Part shown: positions 59,310 to 64,000 of the stretch, piece after piece
How the letters are laid out: every line of letters starts with the position of its first letter
How positions within the stretch are numbered: position 1 is the stretch's first letter
Assembly (NCBI GenBank): GCA_965237955.1
Contig: OZ250169.1
Span: forward strand, 5,472,001-5,536,000
Reading direction: 5' to 3'
Origin: Candidatus Marinacidobacterales bacterium
Lineage (GTDB): Bacteria; Acidobacteriota; Vicinamibacteria; Marinacidobacterales; SMYC01
Length of the DNA stretch: 64,000 nucleotides
Translations under genes and position numbers: made by a program
The notes under the pieces: generated by a model
Database searches by the model: none
Told to the model about the DNA's origin: nothing
What the model saw: only the letters and a program-made list of their open reading frames with translations

Positions 59310-60673
59310 GTGAGCTCTCGAGATTGGCTGGAGCTCCTCGTGCCCACCGAGGAGGAGAAGGACCCGCGCTTTCGAGCCCAAGTCGATCGACTTTCGATCA
59401 TCGGGCTTCGCATCATCGCCGGGGTTTGTTTCGGCAGCGTGCTCTATTTCACGCTGACGGGACTCCTTCTCCCGCTCCCGGCCGAAGTTCAGGAAGAGCT
59501 GGGCGGGCTCGCGCATCCGATAACCATCTTGTCGCTGGGCGCGTTTGCGGTGGTGGTGTCGTTTTGGCGCCCTGCGAGGCCCCATGCTCGGTTGGCGGGG
59601 ATGTTCGTGGGTTACGGCGTTGCCGTGATCGATTTTTTAGCCTCGGCTCGATCGTAGAGAGTCCCGAGGTTGGCTACTTCCTCTTCTCCGGCATCGTCAC
59701 CGGCGTCATGCTGATCGGTATTACCGCGCTACCGCTGAAACCTCTTCAAACCTTGGGACTCGGTGGCGCAATCGCTGCCACCTATGGGATCGCGATCCCG
59801 CGCGTGTTCCCCCAGCTCGCTGGACAACGCGGTATCGAGCTCGTGTTCGTCGCTCAAGTCGTTTTCTTGTGCACGGCACTCACGATGGTGGTCTACCGCC
59901 AGCGGGTGCTCGCATACCGAGCCCGCCGCTCCGCGCGGGAGGCTCTCGACGAGCTCAGGAGGGCGCAGGCCCGCCTGCTAGTTTCCGAGAACGCTCACTC
60001 GCAGAGCCGTTTCGCGGCCGCACTGAGCCACGAGCTGAATACGCCGCTCGGCGCGCTGACGAGCGCTTTCGATACCATGCGCCACGTGTGCCACAAGGAG
60101 GGGCTCGGCGCCGACGAGCGCTATGCGGAGATTCTTGCGGGAGCCGAGACCGCTGGCCGAGGCTCGGCTGCCAGGCTCCAAGAGACGATCGAGCGGATGA
60201 GCTACCTGACGAACCTCGATCGGGCCGAGGAGCAGACGGTCGACTTGAACGAGCTTTGCCGCGAGACGGCGGCGTCGCTCAAGAGCCATTTGGAAGCGAA
60301 AACCGACTTGGATTTCGACTTGGGAGTGCTTCCGCCTCTTCGGTGCCGTCCTCAGCAGCTCAGCGCCGTGCTCTCGAATCTTCTCAGAAACGCCGCCGCC
60401 GCGATCGAAAGCCGAGGCCGTATCACCGTCTCGACGCGCAAGCGCGAGGGCAACGTCGTCCTTGAGGTCCGCGACACCGGGCGGGGCATCCCGAGCGCTC
60501 AGCTCGCGACTCTGTTCGAGCCGGCGTTTCAAGTCGAAAAGGGGCGCGTAGCGACCACGAATTGGGGGCTATTCGTGTGCCGGACGATCGTCACTGAGCA
60601 CGGCGGCCGGCTCGATATCGATAGCGAAGTCGGAAAGGGAACGACCGCGAAGATCGTGTTGCCTTGGATGTAA
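59310..60673 (+). pseudogene. Membrane sensor histidine kinase, frameshift in a T-run near 59635
   Basis: SHELNTPLG, NLLRNA, DTGRGI and SEVGKGT motifs; N-terminal TM ORF lies in another frame. Confidence 0.8.
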
Positions 60674-60862
60674 ACGTCCTAAGAAACATCGGCACCTACA
60701 CCCAGTTTTCCACATAAAGCGAAAGTCGTCCTCGAGGAAAATCCCTTTATTCTGGCTAGTTGCAAGCATCCGCAGCCCCTCGAACAGGTTTTCAACAAGT
60801 TTTTGCACAATGTTTGTGCGCTTGGACGGGTGGGGCAAAACGCGCAGTCTCGGATAGCCGCG

Positions 60863-61084
60863 TCAGCTTTGGCTTTGGCGTGACGCGAGGTGGAATCCAA
60901 TCACGGCTCCCACGGTGAGGCTCGCGAGCGTGGTCACTTTCTGGAGGAGCTCTCCCGCGGTAATCGAGTCCATCATGCCGAGATGCCGCGCGCTCTCGAC
61001 CATGCCGAACAGGACGATATAGACGCCCGCGACCATCAGGATCAGGTAGCGCGCACTGGCCTGGTTCAAACCTCTCATGTTCAC
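60863..61084 (-). CDS. Small two-TM membrane protein
   Basis: Two hydrophobic helices in a 73-aa ORF. Confidence 0.5.
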   Translation of the reverse strand: MNMRGLNQASARYLILMVAGVYIVLFGMVESARHLGMMDSITAGELLQKVTTLASLTVGAVIGFHLASRQSQS

Positions 61085-61196
61085 CTATCGGTTCGGAGCG
61101 GAAGCTCCCTGAGTTGTGGGTGTACCATCTATAGTAGAGATGGACGGAAGATCTGTCAAAAATCCAAGACGGTGCGCAGGATCCTATAATGCAGTG

Positions 61197-62183
61197 ATGG
61201 AGACCCGTCGTTTGGGCAACACGAGCCTCGAGGTTTCGCGCATCGGGCTCGGGTGTTGGGCGATGGGTGGCGGCGACTGGCTGTTCGGATGGGGCCACCA
61301 AGACGATGCGGACTCGGTGGCGACGATCCGGCGCGCGGTCGAGCTCGGCATCAACTGGGTCGACACCGCGCCGGTCTACGGGCTAGGACACTCCGAAGCG
61401 GTCGTCGGGAGCGCGCTCAAGAGCATGCCGGCGTCGGAACGACCGCTGGTGTTCACTAAATGCAGCCGGGTGTGGACGCCGAGCGGTAAGATCCGGCACG
61501 CCCTCGAGGCTCGTTCGATCGAACGCGAGCTCGAGGATAGCCTCCGCCGGCTCGGTGTCGACACCATCGACCTCTATCAGATTCACTGGCCCGCTTATCC
61601 CGCGGACGGCCCCGCGCCCGACATCGAAGAGGGCTGGGAGACGCTCTCGCGACTGAAAGACTCCGGAAAAGTTCGGGAGATCGGTGTGTCGAACTTCAAT
61701 GTCGAACAGCTCGAGCGCATTCGGCCGATCGCGGAGATCGGCTCGCTGCAGCCTGCGTACTCGCTCATCCGGCGCGATATCGAGACGGACGTGTTGCCCT
61801 ATTGCGACGAGCACGGAATCGGCGTGATCGTCTACTCGCCCATGGCGTCGGGGCTTCTGAGCGGCAAGATGACACGGGAGCGCATCGCGTCGTTTCCGAG
61901 TAACGACTGGCGCAAAACGAAGAGCTTGGAGTTTCAGGAGCCGGCGCTCACGAAAAACCTCGCTTGCGCCGATCGCGTGCGCGCGGTCGCCGAGCCCCTC
62001 GGGCACTCGACCGCCGAGGTCGCCATCGCGTGGACGTTTCGCCATCCTGTCGTGACCGGCGCCATCGCAGGCGCGCGTCGTCCCGAGCAGCTCGACGATG
62101 TGGTCGGTGCGGCGGCCGTCGATTCAGTCGCGCTTGCCGGTCTTGATGAGCCAGGAGTAGTAGAACATCGGGATCAGAACTAG
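61197..62183 (+). CDS. Aldo/keto reductase
   Basis: IGLGCWAMGG, DTAPVYGLGHSE, IDLYQIHWP and YSPMASGLL motifs. Confidence 0.93.
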   Translation: METRRLGNTSLEVSRIGLGCWAMGGGDWLFGWGHQDDADSVATIRRAVELGINWVDTAPVYGLGHSEAVVGSALKSMPASERPLVFTKCSRVWTPSGKIRHALEARSIERELEDSLRRLGVDTIDLYQIHWPAYPADGPAPDIEEGWETLSRLKDSGKVREIGVSNFNVEQLERIRPIAEIGSLQPAYSLIRRDIETDVLPYCDEHGIGVIVYSPMASGLLSGKMTRERIASFPSNDWRKTKSLEFQEPALTKNLACADRVRAVAEPLGHSTAEVAIAWTFRHPVVTGAIAGARRPEQLDDVVGAAAVDSVALAGLDEPGVVEHRDQN

Positions 62184-62234
62184 TCCCGGCAGCACGAACA
62201 GCAGCAAGAAGCTTCCAAACGGCAACCCGAACAT
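62124..62234 (-). CDS. 36-aa single-TM protein, probable symporter accessory subunit
   Basis: MFGLPFGSFLLLFVLPGLVLIPMFYYSWLIKTGKRD; TGATG overlap with the symporter stop. Confidence 0.65.
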   Translation of the reverse strand: MFGLPFGSFLLLFVLPGLVLIPMFYYSWLIKTGKRD

Positions 62235-63700
62235 CACGCCTTCTCCGGGAAAAACTTCGCTACCGGTGCACCGTCTAGGGGTTTGGTCATGGCGGCCACC
62301 ACGAAAATGAGTACGCCCCCGGTCGCGAGCCCGATCACGCCCGGATGAATATCCTGAGCCCACGTGGCTCCCGCGATGCGCGCCCACGTCCACACGCCGC
62401 AAACGAATGCGCCACCGACCGACGACGCGATGGCCGCTTCCTTGCTGACGTGCTTGGTCGTGAGACCTACTATGAGCGGGAAGAAAAACGTCGAGCCCAG
62501 GACCGCCACGGCATAGGACACGATCTGCAAAATCAAATCGACGTCGGGTATCGCTCCTATTAACGCCACGACACCGACGATGAGGATCGTCCATCGTGAG
62601 GCGCGCAAATAGTAGCTCTCGTCTTTTTGAATCCCTCGGGGCTCGTGGATGCATTTGCGCATCAGGTCGTGCACGACCGCGGCACCTGACATCAAGAGCA
62701 GCGAGTCCGTCGTCGACATCGCGGCGCTGGCGATGCCGGTGAGAGCGAACGCCGCGAAGAGCGGTGGCAAGATCGCGGTGACGAGCGCGGGAAACGCTTG
62801 ATCGGGAGAGGAGATGGTGTCCCACACGAGAATCCGGGCCGCGCCCCCGATGTAGAAGTTTCCGTAGAGCAGAAAGATCATCACCAGAAGGATGGTCCAC
62901 GGAAGCGAGCGCCGTGCGATCTTGTCGTCACGGGCCGCGTACATTTTCGTGATGAGCTCCAGGCGGGTGCAGTAAGCGACGAACCAAATGATGTACCACG
63001 AGATGAGAAAACTGAGGGTCCACGAGGTCCCTTGAGGGCTCGTCCACCCGGGCGCGAGTGCTTCGACCTGATCGATGACGTCGTACCAACCGCCGACCTT
63101 GTCGTAGACGTAGGGGCCCATCAACAGCAAACCGAGCCACATGAAAACGAATTGGGCGATGTTCGTCCACACGACGGCGAGCAAACCGCCGATCGCCACG
63201 TAGAACACGAACACCGCGGTCCCGACGAACATGCCGGCAAGAAAACTCACGCCGATGAGCTCTTCGAGAATGAAGCCCATGACCCGTATCTGAGCAATGA
63301 GATAGATGATGCTCGAAACCCCGACGACGACGGCGCTGAAGCCGCGAAGAAACGTACTGTCGAAGCGGTCGCCCATGTAGTCCGGTAGCGTGAAACCGCG
63401 CGAGTCGCGGAGTTTCTTGGCGAAGAAGAAAAAAATCACAGCGACACCGCCGACGAATCCGAGGTAGGGAAGTCCGGCAACGCCTCCGATGTTTCCCATC
63501 AACGCGACGCCGCTCAGAACCGACCCACCGTGCATGATGGCGGCCATGTTCGCCATAACGAGCACCGGGAGGCCGATGCGTCGGCTCGCCACCCAGAAAT
63601 CCGCCGAGGTCTTCTGGTGCCGCGCCGACGCGATGCCGACCGCGACCATGACTAAAAGATACAGGGTGAAGAGTAGAAGACCGATGGTGTGAACCGACAT
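62234..63700 (-). CDS. Sodium:solute symporter (PutP/ActP-like)
   Basis: DFWVASR, TLPDYMGDRF, GGLLAVVWT and AAMSTTDS motifs. Confidence 0.92.
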   Translation of the reverse strand: MSVHTIGLLLFTLYLLVMVAVGIASARHQKTSADFWVASRRIGLPVLVMANMAAIMHGGSVLSGVALMGNIGGVAGLPYLGFVGGVAVIFFFFAKKLRDSRGFTLPDYMGDRFDSTFLRGFSAVVVGVSSIIYLIAQIRVMGFILEELIGVSFLAGMFVGTAVFVFYVAIGGLLAVVWTNIAQFVFMWLGLLLMGPYVYDKVGGWYDVIDQVEALAPGWTSPQGTSWTLSFLISWYIIWFVAYCTRLELITKMYAARDDKIARRSLPWTILLVMIFLLYGNFYIGGAARILVWDTISSPDQAFPALVTAILPPLFAAFALTGIASAAMSTTDSLLLMSGAAVVHDLMRKCIHEPRGIQKDESYYLRASRWTILIVGVVALIGAIPDVDLILQIVSYAVAVLGSTFFFPLIVGLTTKHVSKEAAIASSVGGAFVCGVWTWARIAGATWAQDIHPGVIGLATGGVLIFVVAAMTKPLDGAPVAKFFPEKA

Positions 63701-63879
63701 AAGCTGGCGCAATCTAGCGAAATTGCACCGACAATGCCAATATGGTGTCCGCAAGCGATGTGGACTCCCGCCGAGAGAATCCGACACCCTTTGCCGGAAG
63801 TGCATTGGCCAACTGCCGATGAGGCGCGCGCGTCGCTTTGGTTCAGTCCCATCGGAAGACCCATTTTGATGAGGGACAG

Positions 63880-64000
63880 GGCGACATTTGGACCTGGACG
63901 GCCATCTGCGCCGACACAAAGCTCGTCCCCTCGTTCCTCGTGGGCGGGCGTGATGCCGGTTACGCTACAGAGTTTCTCCAGGATCTCGCGGGCCGCCTTG
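63880..64000 (+). pseudogene. IS1-like transposase internal fragment (continues past the window)
   Basis: Manual translation GDIWTWTAICADTKLVPSFLVGGRDAGYATEFLQDLAGRL, starting right after an IS-end motif. Confidence 0.65.

Overview
GC-rich bacterial chromosome segment. The gene repertoire (Ser/Thr kinase-TolB fragments, HTH-TolB_N-TPR regulator, PD40/M28 pair, Tat-exported enzymes) suggests Acidobacteriota, possibly Vicinamibacteria-like; this is inference only. Bases 1-14100 are a mobile-element pile-up. An integrase-core transposase gene is split by a RIT (recombinase-in-trio) element, which has itself been gutted by an IS256. An IS110 stub, an IS6 stub, a complete IS21 with target duplication and an IS5/IS903-type element surround two AT-richer passenger genes (VPS10/BNR hydrolase and a DapA-like lyase). 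The rest is a mosaic of intact core and accessory genes (lepA, hemW, nudC, UbiD, PPIase, two SSS symporters, vapBC, MerR-vWA, cytochrome P460-family) and many frameshifted or internally collapsed gene stubs. The best novelty candidate is 22443..23369. By eye it aligns along its full length with DMATS/ABBA aromatic prenyltransferases but has lost the diphosphate-binding residues, and it sits behind a canonical sigma-54 promoter with a pair of enhancer palindromes. No CRISPR array, rRNA or tRNA was seen. All protein assignments are by motif recognition, not database search.
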